Notes under the pieces: generated by a model
Seen by the model: the letters and a program-made list of their open reading frames with translations, nothing else
Databases searched by the model: none
What the model was told of the DNA's origin: nothing
DNA from: an uncultured Candidatus Saccharibacteria bacterium
Lineage (GTDB): Bacteria > Patescibacteriota > Minisyncoccia > Phycocordibacterales > Zambryskibacteraceae
Reading direction: 5' to 3'
DNA: 58,696 bases
Assembly (NCBI GenBank): GCA_964364225.1
Contig: CAYIKP010000001.1
Coordinates: 3,789-62,484, forward strand
Part shown: positions 30,108 through 41,112 of the stretch, one piece after another
Numbering within the stretch: position 1 is the first letter of the stretch
How the letters are laid out: every line of letters begins with the position of its first letter
Position numbers and translations under genes: made by a program

Positions 30108-31271
30108 CTATTTTGTATCTTTCAGACGTAAAGCTAAAAATACACTAGCTATTAATATAGCTCCTAAAACAATAAAAGATTGTTGAAATCCGAGTAATTT
30201 TATAGAGAAAGCCCCTATTATTGGGCCCATTATTAAAGCGAGTGGTCTTGCTAACCTAAAAACACCTATTACTTCTGTATCTCCCCCAGAGACATGTTTA
30301 AAAAAATATGATTCCGTTGATATTTCAATTGCGCTTGCGCCTGTTCTTGTTAGAAAGAGGATGAGTGCCCATGCGACAAAAGATGCACTGGTTATTAAAC
30401 TAATTGAAACTGTAGCGAATCCTGCGATTAAAAAACCTCCAGCCATTATTTCTTTTTCGCCGAACATTTTATCTTCTAGTTCACCGAGTGGTAATTCAAA
30501 CAATGCAAAAGGAAGGAGCATTATAGAAAAAATTAATCCGATTTCTTGCCAACTGAAACCGATTATTTGATTAAGATATATCGGACTCCACGCAATCATC
30601 CATCCATAAAAAAATTGCAATATAAAACTTAAGAAAACCCCAAGCCTTAACGAGCTGGGTATTTTTTCATGAATTTTTGGTAACGAGTGTTTTTCAATAG
30701 CTTTTCCAAATTGTAAAAATAGCACAGGAATTAGTACCATTAGTGAAGCAAAATAAACAGATCTAAAACTTCCACCAGACAATATAAAACCGGTTGCTAT
30801 TGGGGCCAAAATAATCGCTATACTTGCTGATGTTAAAAAAATTCCTCGTACTTCTCCAGTAGTTCCTTCGTCTTTAACCTCTCTTTCCAAAAAAACATCT
30901 AGTAGATAAGTTAAAAACCCAATTGAACCCTGCATTAATACAAAACCTAAAGCAATTAGAGTGGGGGAATTAGCTGAAGAAAGTATGGTTATTGCTAAAG
31001 CTTCAACAAGTATAAAAATAAAAAATATTCGTTTTGCCCCGATTTGTGTCAGTAATTCACTAGAAAGCAAAAGGGTTAAAAAAAGTACCGCCCCCAAACC
31101 AAATAGAAATGCTACCTCTATTTGTGAAAAAAAAGTTTCCAAGAAAGAAGAATTTACATAAAGAACCAACCCATAATGAAAAGACATTAAAAGGGAGCAC
31201 AAATATATAGGTAAAAATTTTCTATTTCTCCCAACTATTCCTTGGTGGTGTAGGCGACTAATAACACGCAT
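30108..31271 (-). CDS. MFS-type transporter
   Basis: 387 aa, hydrophobic throughout with about 12 helices. Confidence 0.7.
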   Translation of the reverse strand: MRVISRLHHQGIVGRNRKFLPIYLCSLLMSFHYGLVLYVNSSFLETFFSQIEVAFLFGLGAVLFLTLLLSSELLTQIGAKRIFFIFILVEALAITILSSANSPTLIALGFVLMQGSIGFLTYLLDVFLEREVKDEGTTGEVRGIFLTSASIAIILAPIATGFILSGGSFRSVYFASLMVLIPVLFLQFGKAIEKHSLPKIHEKIPSSLRLGVFLSFILQFFYGWMIAWSPIYLNQIIGFSWQEIGLIFSIMLLPFALFELPLGELEDKMFGEKEIMAGGFLIAGFATVSISLITSASFVAWALILFLTRTGASAIEISTESYFFKHVSGGDTEVIGVFRLARPLALIMGPIIGAFSIKLLGFQQSFIVLGAILIASVFLALRLKDTK

Positions 31272-31392
31272 ATAAACATTTTATCAGTAATTAAACTTAA
31301 AGAGAGCCTTATTCTCTGACGAACATTGCGGAATCGGGCCAGCATGGTGAGTCAATCTGCGAGGCTTTTGACTCTAGCGAGATGAGCATAGC

Positions 31393-31414
31393 AAAAACCC
31401 CCGCTGGGGGTTTT
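31393..31414 (-). terminator. terminator downstream of RNase J
   Basis: Minus strand reads aaaaccccc-agc-gggggttttt. Confidence 0.6.
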
Positions 31415-31448
31415 ATGCGCGTTCGCCGGAGAATACAGCGAACGACCT

Positions 31449-33365
31449 TTATACTCCTAGTGTTACAGGAATAACAATTGGCCTTTTGTTGGTTTTTTGG
31501 AATAGAAAACGCGCAACATCATCTGTTAAATTTGCCTTCACAAAATCAAAGTTAATTGGGTTCATACCCTGAGTTGATCTTTCAATCGATCTTTTAATCA
31601 CTAATCTTGTTTGATTTAGAAGATCTTGTGACTCTCTTAAATAAACAAAACCTCTTGAGATAATATCCGGACTTTTCTTTAATTTACCTGTTTGAACATT
31701 AATTGTGGCCACAATTACAAAGATACCGTCTTCAGCTAATGTTTTTCGGTCCCGCATAACAACCTCCTGAACGTCTCCTATTGAGAAACCGTCAACCATT
31801 ATGTCTTCTGAAGGAGCTTTCTCTTTTAGCACGGTCATTGTCTTTCCTTCGTCCCTAATCTCTATGATTGAGCCGTTGTCAGGAATAATTACATTTTCTT
31901 TAGGAGTACCCGTTGCAACAGATAAATCAGCGTGCTGTCTTAACATGTGATGGTAGCCGTGAAGAGGAATGAAAAACCTATGAGGGATTTGCTCGTGAAT
32001 CCATTTTAGTTCATCACGATTTCCATGGCCTGATGCATGAATATCTGAATCCAAATAAGTAATTATTTTTGCACCAGAACGGAACAGATTATCTTTCAAC
32101 TTAATAACAGAAGCATGGTTGGTGGGAATAATTGATGATGAAAGTAGCACAGTGTCTGTAGGCTTTAATTGGACCTTCTTGTGTGTTTTATTTGCTATAC
32201 GCATTAGTGCAGCAAATTCTTCTCCTTGAGCCCCCGTTACAAGCATAATAATTCTGTCTGGCGGATAATTATCAATTTCTTCTAGTGGGATTATGTTCTT
32301 CGTTTCTGTTAGTTTTAGGAGTTTTATAATATCTATATTAGTTTTCATACTGCGACCTTCAATAACAACTTTTTTGTTGTATTTTTCTGCAGCCTGAATA
32401 ATGGCAATGATACGCTCTACTTGAGAGGCGAAAGTGCTAATGACCATTCTTCCAGAAACGTCTTTTATGAACCTATCTATGTTTTCAATAACTACTGACT
32501 CTGAAAGTGAAAAACCCGGCTTCTCAATTGATGTTGAGTCCATTGTAAGAAGGAGCGCTTCTTTTCCTTTAAATTGTTTATATTGCTCAACCTCTTCTTC
32601 TGTAGGAACTCCTTTTATGTTGTCTACGCGCACATCTTCAATAAATACAATATCTCCAAATGGGGTTTCAATAATGAGGCCCATTGAATCTGGAATAGTG
32701 TGTGAGATTGGGAATGTGCGTATACGCAAAGATCCACAAGAAATTGCTTCTTTGCCTTCAATTATTTTTATTTCTAGCTTTTGAAGATGAGGAAATTCCT
32801 CTTGTCTTTTTTGAATCATTATTGCCCCAAATTGTCTTGTGTAAATTGTTGGATAGCCAATACGATCAATAAGATAGGGAATACCACCAATGTGATCCAA
32901 GTGTCCGTGGGTTATGAAAAGACCACGAATCTTTTCTTTTCTTTCTTCTAAATATTTTGTGTTTGGTAAAATGTAATCAATTCCCGGAGTATCCTCTTCT
33001 TTAAATTGAAAACCAGCGTCAACAATAATGATGTCATCTTTGTATTCAATTGCTGTCATATTCTTTCCGATTTCCTCAACTCCTCCTAAAGGAATGATGC
33101 GAAGGGCGTCTCCTATTGGTGGAATTGGAATATTTTTTATAGCACTCCTTTCGTCTCTTACATGAGACATAGTTCCATTAGTTAGTCTTGGTCTGAATGT
33201 TTGCCTTGATCTTCCTCTCATTCCTCCACCCCCCCCACGAGAAGGGAATCTTCCAGGGCCACCGCTTGATGATGGGCTTCTTGTTGATGAATAAGCACGC
33301 CTAAAGACCCTTCCTTGCGATCCGGAATTTCCTTGATCGCTCATTTTTTTGTCTCCTGATTCCAT
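31449..33365 (-). CDS. rnj: ribonuclease J
   Basis: Metallo-beta-lactamase motif THGHLDHIGG, beta-CASP and C-terminal domains; Arg/Gly-rich N-terminal extension. Confidence 0.9.
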   Translation of the reverse strand: MESGDKKMSDQGNSGSQGRVFRRAYSSTRSPSSSGGPGRFPSRGGGGGMRGRSRQTFRPRLTNGTMSHVRDERSAIKNIPIPPIGDALRIIPLGGVEEIGKNMTAIEYKDDIIIVDAGFQFKEEDTPGIDYILPNTKYLEERKEKIRGLFITHGHLDHIGGIPYLIDRIGYPTIYTRQFGAIMIQKRQEEFPHLQKLEIKIIEGKEAISCGSLRIRTFPISHTIPDSMGLIIETPFGDIVFIEDVRVDNIKGVPTEEEVEQYKQFKGKEALLLTMDSTSIEKPGFSLSESVVIENIDRFIKDVSGRMVISTFASQVERIIAIIQAAEKYNKKVVIEGRSMKTNIDIIKLLKLTETKNIIPLEEIDNYPPDRIIMLVTGAQGEEFAALMRIANKTHKKVQLKPTDTVLLSSSIIPTNHASVIKLKDNLFRSGAKIITYLDSDIHASGHGNRDELKWIHEQIPHRFFIPLHGYHHMLRQHADLSVATGTPKENVIIPDNGSIIEIRDEGKTMTVLKEKAPSEDIMVDGFSIGDVQEVVMRDRKTLAEDGIFVIVATINVQTGKLKKSPDIISRGFVYLRESQDLLNQTRLVIKRSIERSTQGMNPINFDFVKANLTDDVARFLFQKTNKRPIVIPVTLGV

Positions 33366-33372
33366 ATTAATT

Positions 33373-35163
33373 TTAATTAGTGAATATTTTCCAAACAGAA
33401 TTTGTCTCTTTATACCAAGTAGATACTCCTAGGAATCTTTCCGAACCAATGTTCAATGTATTAAGTAATACCTTTTTGAGCCCTTTTGGCACAACATAAA
33501 TGTATTTCGGGGCGTAAATAAATGCCGCCGGATAATCTGCATTGAATTCGAAGAGAAGCGAATCGAGAATATCCTGTTGCTTAGAAGTATTACTCTCTCG
33601 CCTTAAGTTGTCAAGTAATTTATCTGCCTTACTGTTTGCGTAGAGGGCAACATTTAATCCAGGATCAAATCTTTCACTTGAATGCCAAAAAGGAAATAAA
33701 TCTAGACTTCTACCAACCACTTCACCAAAAAGAAGTGTCTCATATTTTCTTTCTCTAATAATATTTTGTTGTAGATCGCCCTGTTCAAAAATATTTATTG
33801 ATACTTCAATACCAAGTTTTTTGTAAGCACTCTCCAAAGCGTGTGCTACTGATATTAAATCTGGTGTGTCTGCCGTTGCAATAGTAAATTTAATTCCCGT
33901 TGATGCAAGAGTTTTTCCTTTGCCAGTAGTTTTTATTCTTAAATTTGTTGAGCTAGACATTTTGTATCCAAGCTTATCTAGGATATCGCCGGCGAGCATT
34001 AATCGTTTATCAAACGAATCACCACTTACACTTTCTACTGGCACAGGACCATTTACTGATATCGCAAAGCCTTTTAAAGAATTGGAAATTATTTCTTCTT
34101 TTGGTATTCCCAAAGATAACGCTTTACGAATATTTTTATCGGCCAGAATCTTGTTTTTATTTTGATTAAAAAATAGAGCAAATACTCTTGGGAGCGGTGC
34201 TGTTTCTATTCTAAAACCACGATTCTTTAGAACGCCAGCATTTTCAGGAGAAACACCCCCAAGTGAGTCTATATCGTTAGAGATAAGGGCAGATACAGCC
34301 TTTGCTTCATTGGAAAAAAAACTAGTTGTTATGTTTGTTATAAAGGGTTTACCCATGACAAACTTATCAAAACTTGTTAACTGCATGCTTGATGGAATAC
34401 CGCCAGAATCTCTGGAAACATTTATAACCTTATAAGGTCCAGCTCCAACCGCATTTAAATTGAGATCGCTCCAAGGAAATTCCTCAGAAGGTACTTTTTC
34501 CCAAAGGTGTTTGGGTAAAATTCCTAAGGTGAGATTTTCCATAAAGGGTGCGTAAGGAGATTTTAGATGGAAATTTACTGTCAAATTATCTATTTTTTCC
34601 ACCTCAACCCCTTCCCAGTTTGCTCTTCGTGGACTTTTAATTGCAGGATCTTTTATTTTTGAAATAGTGAATAAGATGTCGTCTGCAGTTACGGGGTTTT
34701 TATCATGAAATTCCGCATTCGGTTTTATGTGCACAAAGTAAGTTTTTCCGTCAGACGATATATCAATGGACTCTGCTATAAGATTTTTATATTCATTATT
34801 TTTATCAGGAGTTACAAGGCCGGCATAAACTAATGCCGTTATATCTTTATCTGCATCAGATATTGCTAGTACTGGATTTATAAAGCGAGGCGTTCCCACA
34901 ATACCCTCATTTATTGTTCCGCCAGTGGCCGGAATTTCTATAAGAAATTCGTTATTGACCTTAAGTCCCAACAAAAGAGCTGTCATGAACATAACAACGG
35001 CCAAAATCATGAAGATAGTCCTTTCAGTAATAGAAAAAAGTTTATATGAGTGCCTAATGTTTGTTAATCCAGGCAAGGTAAAACTTTTTTCTAGAAAACG
35101 AAACTTAGAGAACAACCTTCCAGAAATTACAGACTCGATTAGAAGAATTATTTTTTTCTGCAT
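33373..35163 (-). CDS. ABC transporter substrate-binding protein (family 5, peptide/nickel type)
   Basis: 596 aa; N-terminal TM anchor; length and sequence style of SBP_bac_5 proteins. Confidence 0.75.
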   Translation of the reverse strand: MQKKIILLIESVISGRLFSKFRFLEKSFTLPGLTNIRHSYKLFSITERTIFMILAVVMFMTALLLGLKVNNEFLIEIPATGGTINEGIVGTPRFINPVLAISDADKDITALVYAGLVTPDKNNEYKNLIAESIDISSDGKTYFVHIKPNAEFHDKNPVTADDILFTISKIKDPAIKSPRRANWEGVEVEKIDNLTVNFHLKSPYAPFMENLTLGILPKHLWEKVPSEEFPWSDLNLNAVGAGPYKVINVSRDSGGIPSSMQLTSFDKFVMGKPFITNITTSFFSNEAKAVSALISNDIDSLGGVSPENAGVLKNRGFRIETAPLPRVFALFFNQNKNKILADKNIRKALSLGIPKEEIISNSLKGFAISVNGPVPVESVSGDSFDKRLMLAGDILDKLGYKMSSSTNLRIKTTGKGKTLASTGIKFTIATADTPDLISVAHALESAYKKLGIEVSINIFEQGDLQQNIIRERKYETLLFGEVVGRSLDLFPFWHSSERFDPGLNVALYANSKADKLLDNLRRESNTSKQQDILDSLLFEFNADYPAAFIYAPKYIYVVPKGLKKVLLNTLNIGSERFLGVSTWYKETNSVWKIFTN

Positions 35164-35193
35164 CTTTCTATATTAACAATATTAAAGACCCCC

Positions 35194-35418
35194 TTATTTT
35201 ATGAAGAGTGCTGCAAATGCAGAAAGTGCAAAAAGAATGGCAACAATAATTGTACCCACAAAAATTATTTTTTCTAAACCACGCTTTTCGTATTTGACCC
35301 CCCCGAAAGTATCTTGACCAAAAGCTGAACCAAGTCCCGCATCTGAACGTTGAAAAAGTATTCCTATAATAAGAAGAACGGCTAGAACTACCTGAATAAT
35401 GGGTAATATTTGTGACAT
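35194..35418 (-). CDS. secG: preprotein translocase subunit SecG
   Basis: 74 aa; two TM helices with a Gly-rich loop (LFQRSDAGLGSAFG). Confidence 0.8.
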   Translation of the reverse strand: MSQILPIIQVVLAVLLIIGILFQRSDAGLGSAFGQDTFGGVKYEKRGLEKIIFVGTIIVAILFALSAFAALFIK

Positions 35419-35583
35419 AGGGGATAGGATAGCTTATTTAGACCAATTTGCCAAAGATTTTTGACTGTTTTAAGTAGTGTCTGAACTATTGGGCGAACGA
35501 AACAAGTGAGAATTTATTATCATTTGTGAGTGAGCGAAAATAGCAAGTCACTAAGCCATATTTTTGGATATAGGCTTAATGAC

Positions 35584-35612
35584 TTGACAAAAATATATAG
35601 ATATGCTACTAT
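35584..35612 (+). promoter_or_regulatory. sigma-70-type promoter (TTGACA-17-TACTAT) of the GC-rich cassette
   Basis: TTGACA at 35584-35589, 17-nt spacer, TACTAT at 35607-35612. Confidence 0.65.
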
Positions 35613-35689
35613 ATACACAGCAGTACAGTAACATCCCGTTTCTAACTGGTTTTACAACGCACTCGCCCTAAGTGGGCAAAGGAGTCACC

Positions 35690-36361
35690 GTGATCAACCG
35701 GAGCCGCTACAACGCTGTGGCCAACTACCTCAAGGCAGTGGCCAAGAAGATGGTCGAGGCGCTCAAGGATGCCGAGAACATCATCCCGCAGTTCGCGATT
35801 CCCGCCGACGTCTTCGCGAGCTCGAACAAGGATGCGAATGCCGTGATGAACACGGTTCGCCAGCTGGAGCTCGATCCCGAAGGTGCGAACATCGTGCGTC
35901 TGCAGGACGCCGGTGCATTCGCGGACGAGATCGCCTCGTACTTCGGCGAGCGCAAGAGCCTCGAACAGCGCTTCCTGCACTCGCAGTGGCTCTCCGACGA
36001 CATGTACAACCGTATCGTCGTCCTGCCGAACGAGTTCGCGGAACCCCTCATCATCCTCTGGAAGGCGTATGACGCCATCCGGCAGAATGGTGCGGAGACC
36101 TCCGAGCTTCGGAGCGCGTGGACCGAGATCGACAAGAAGCTTCGTGCTGCCGAGATCGCCTCGGTGGGGAAGGAGCTTCGCGAGTCGAACCCGGCTCGTC
36201 GGGTCAGGCTGACGCTGGCGCCGAAGCCCGTCGCGAGCGCCTCTCCCAAGGGACGCAACGCTGAGAAGCGCCAGCACGATCGGCAGATTCGCGCGTCCAT
36301 GCAGCAGGGCAAGGGTACCGCGTCGAACAGCAAGGCCAAGAAGAACAAGAAGCACGCCTAA
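35690..36361 (+). CDS. GC-rich orphan protein with a Lys/Arg-rich C-terminal tail, function unknown
   Basis: About 60% GC (36/60 on line 35701) against 35% in the flank; AAAGGAG 5 nt before GTG 35690 (ORF-track start GTG 35672 is in frame); the plus strand is chosen because the promoter, SD and terminator are all on the plus strand. Confidence 0.6.
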   Translation: MINRSRYNAVANYLKAVAKKMVEALKDAENIIPQFAIPADVFASSNKDANAVMNTVRQLELDPEGANIVRLQDAGAFADEIASYFGERKSLEQRFLHSQWLSDDMYNRIVVLPNEFAEPLIILWKAYDAIRQNGAETSELRSAWTEIDKKLRAAEIASVGKELRESNPARRVRLTLAPKPVASASPKGRNAEKRQHDRQIRASMQQGKGTASNSKAKKNKKHA

Positions 36362-36382
36362 CCGGCACGCGAGAAACGGGGA

Positions 36383-36416
36383 ACAGCCATCTCTAAAGGG
36401 TGGCTGTTTTCTTTTG
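36383..36416 (+). terminator. rho-independent terminator of the GC-rich cassette
   Basis: acagcca-tctctaaaggg-tggctgt followed by tttcttttg. Confidence 0.7.
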
Positions 36417-36454
36417 CTTGCAAATTTTTATATACGTATATAATGAGCGCACTT

Positions 36455-38441
<1,987 letters not shown>

Positions 38442-38471
38442 ATAAAAATCACTCTGTTATAATATAAGAAT

Positions 38472-39023
38472 ATGACAACAAATATAATTTTAGGTGTAGC
38501 GATTATCCTAGTACTTTGGGTTATTTCTTTGTTCAATAAACTTGTTCGTCTAAAAAACCGCGCAAAAGAAGCGTGGTCGGATATTTCTGTGCAATTGAAA
38601 AGAAGATATGACCTCATTCCGAACCTTTTAGAAACAGTGAAAGGTTATGCTACACACGAAAGCACTCTTTTAGAAAAGATAACGACAGCGAGGACCTCTG
38701 CCATGAATGCAGGAACTATTGCCAATTCTGGACCAGCTGAAAATATGCTAAGTAGTACCCTAAAGTCTCTTTTTGCTGTTGCCGAAAATTATCCAGATTT
38801 GAAAGCAAACCAAAATTTTCTTGAGCTTCAGAAAGAGCTTTCAGATACAGAGAATAAAATTCAAGCATCTCGTCGTTTTTACAATACTAATGTTAGAGAT
38901 CTTAATATTGGTATTGAATCATTTCCCGCTAATTTAATTGCTGGGGTATTTAATTTTTCTAGAATGGATTTCTTTGAGTTAGAAGATGTAGCTGCAAATG
39001 AGCCAGTGAAAGTATCCTTCTAA
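38472..39023 (+). CDS. lemA: LemA family protein
   Basis: 183 aa; N-terminal TM; ...RRYDLIPNL...YPDLKAN...RRFYN LemA signature stretches. Confidence 0.9.
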   Translation: MTTNIILGVAIILVLWVISLFNKLVRLKNRAKEAWSDISVQLKRRYDLIPNLLETVKGYATHESTLLEKITTARTSAMNAGTIANSGPAENMLSSTLKSLFAVAENYPDLKANQNFLELQKELSDTENKIQASRRFYNTNVRDLNIGIESFPANLIAGVFNFSRMDFFELEDVAANEPVKVSF

Positions 39024-39032
39024 TTTATAAGT

Positions 39033-39938
39033 ATGCAAACAGGGGAAAATCTATATACGCATAGAGATGAGAATATTTTTCGCACTTGGGGATTAATGGC
39101 AGTTTTTCTTGTGCTCGTGATAGCTGTTGGATTTGTTGTCTCTTATATATATAACAATCAAAATATTCTTTATTTTGCTGTTATATTCGCATTTTTAATG
39201 AATATCATTTCCTATTGGAATTCAGACAAAATAGTTCTTTCTATGATGCACGCTAAGCCAATAACCAAAGGAGAGTATGCAGATCTTTATAATATTACGG
39301 AAAATCTAGCCATTACAGCCGGATTACCAATGCCCAGGCTGTATCTTATTGAAGAATCGTCTCCAAATGCCTTTGCTACGGGCAGAAACCCTAGTCATGG
39401 GGTTATTTGCGTGACTTCTGGTTTGGTAGCACTTCTATCTAAAGATGAGCTTGAGGGGGTTATTGCTCATGAAATGAGCCATATTGGTAACAGAGACACC
39501 CTTATCTCTACTGTGGCAGTAATTTTGGCTGGTTTAATAGCCATTATTTCAGATATAGCTCTAAGATCCAGATTTAGTTCTCGAAATAATGACAGAGGGG
39601 GTGGTTTTATTCAAATTTTAGGAATTATTTTCATTATTCTTTCTCCGATTGCAGCGACCCTCATCAGATTGGCCGTTTCTAGAAAAAGAGAATTCTTGGC
39701 AGATGCAACTGGTGCACTTTTGACACGTTATCCAGAAGGTTTGGCAAATGCTTTAAAAAAGATTGAATCTCAAATAAATCAAAAACCTTTTTCATCAACA
39801 TCAAATGCGACAGCTCACCTTTTTATAGAAAATCCATTTGGAACAAAATCTCTTTCTGGTATAGGCAAGTTATTTATGACGCATCCCCCTGTCGCTGAAC
39901 GAGTTAGCGCACTAATTGGTAACAGAAACAATTTATGA
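39033..39938 (+). CDS. htpX: M48 family zinc protease HtpX
   Basis: HEMSHIGNRD (HExxH), four TM helices; lemA-htpX pairing. Confidence 0.9.
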   Translation: MQTGENLYTHRDENIFRTWGLMAVFLVLVIAVGFVVSYIYNNQNILYFAVIFAFLMNIISYWNSDKIVLSMMHAKPITKGEYADLYNITENLAITAGLPMPRLYLIEESSPNAFATGRNPSHGVICVTSGLVALLSKDELEGVIAHEMSHIGNRDTLISTVAVILAGLIAIISDIALRSRFSSRNNDRGGGFIQILGIIFIILSPIAATLIRLAVSRKREFLADATGALLTRYPEGLANALKKIESQINQKPFSSTSNATAHLFIENPFGTKSLSGIGKLFMTHPPVAERVSALIGNRNNL

Positions 39939-40549
39939 AAAATTTTTTAAACAGAGATTTGTCAAAAGAGGAGTTATTAAAAAAAGTTTCCAAGTTAGAG
40001 TTAGAGATAAAAGATTTAAAGAAAGATTTAGTTCACGATACTTTAACTGGATTAAAAACTAGAAACTTTTTTGAAGAGGAGGGGAGGGTGTTCTATGATT
40101 CAGCCTTAAATAAATTTAAAGGTTTAAGGTCGGAGTGGTTTAATTTTGGGAGTGTTAGTTTTATTTTTATTGATGTAGATCATTTTAAAAATATAAATGA
40201 TACATATGGACATTTGGAGGGGGATAAAGTTTTAGAAAAAGTAGCAGATGTTATAAAACAAAGTATTCGTGAAGGAGATGTGGCGGCACGATTTGGTGGC
40301 GAAGAAATAGTAGTTGAACTTTTGGGGGCGAGTGAAAAATTTGCCAAAAAGAAAGCAGAAGAAATTAGAAAAAAAATTGAAGCGTTAAGTTTTGAAATAC
40401 CAGAATTAAAAATCACAATTAGTGCGGGAGTTTCAACTGTAGAAAAAGACATTTCTTTTAATGAAATTTTAAATCGTGCAGACAAGGCAATGTATAAAGC
40501 AAAAGAGAATGGAAGAAATAGGGTAGAGGTTTATTCTGAAATAAATTAG
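39935..40549 (+). CDS. diguanylate cyclase (GGDEF domain) with N-terminal coiled coil
   Basis: RFGGEEIVVEL active-site motif; DHFKNINDTYGH. Confidence 0.85.
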   Translation: MKNFLNRDLSKEELLKKVSKLELEIKDLKKDLVHDTLTGLKTRNFFEEEGRVFYDSALNKFKGLRSEWFNFGSVSFIFIDVDHFKNINDTYGHLEGDKVLEKVADVIKQSIREGDVAARFGGEEIVVELLGASEKFAKKKAEEIRKKIEALSFEIPELKITISAGVSTVEKDISFNEILNRADKAMYKAKENGRNRVEVYSEIN

Positions 40550-40587
40550 ATTTATCATTTTTTTCTGTTAATCTAAGTTTTATAAAT

Positions 40588-40672
40588 GGAGGGTTCGCAT
40601 AGCGGTCTAGTGCACCACGTTGGAAACGTGGCGTGGGGAAACCCACCGAGAGTTCGAATCTCTCACCCTCCG
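40588..40672 (+). tRNA. tRNA-Ser (GGA)
   Basis: Acceptor ggagggt/accctcc, anticodon stem-loop ccacg-ttggaaa-cgtgg, long variable arm, T loop ttcgaat. Confidence 0.9.
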
Positions 40673-41112
40673 CAATTAAAAGTACCTAAGTTATCCACAT
40701 CAGGAATTCAAAGTTTTTTTTGAGAAATTTCATCAAATTTTTTATGTAGGCAAGTTATATAAAATTGTATTTTGTTAAAAAGCATTTTTTACAATTGGAT
40801 AAAGTTATTAATTAAAACAGGGTAGTTAATAGGGCTTTTTATAAATGTTTATAACAGATAATTTTCATTGATTTTAAATGTATATCAATGTTATAAAGCT
40901 AACTTTATAACAAGATTCCACATCGATGGTTTTCAGGTTTCAAAATTATTAAAAAAACAATGCCAAAAAATGTCCCATTTATGGCCTAAAAAACTTGATT
41001 AAAGACCCAATATTTTTAATGCAAAAATGATGAAAAATTGGCTCTACTTAGGTTTTTATTAAGGATTTAGGTTGTTATAATTTCTATTGAACTTAATTAG
41101 TTTTTTATCAAC

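Noticed and set aside
35642-36355. Minus-strand and alternative-frame ORFs (35642-36355, 35725-36348, 35883-36212) inside the first GC-rich island
   Set aside because: Long shadow ORFs are expected in roughly 60% GC sequence. The promoter, SD and terminator are all on the plus strand and fit the 35690-36361 frame.
35560-36430. GC-rich islands as assembly chimeras or contamination
   Set aside because: This is not excluded for 35584-36416 without reads, but it is unlikely as a general explanation. The GC-rich DGR target is matched by a TR inside the AT-rich retroelement, and each island is joined to AT-rich promoter and terminator sequence without a visible junction artefact.
40691-40699. Perfect DnaA box TTATCCACA in the 430-nt AT-rich intergenic region
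   Set aside because: It is a single box, and the next-best match (40914-40922) is 6/9. There is no dnaA or dnaN nearby, and one 9-mer hit in 2 x 58.7 kb is close to chance expectation.
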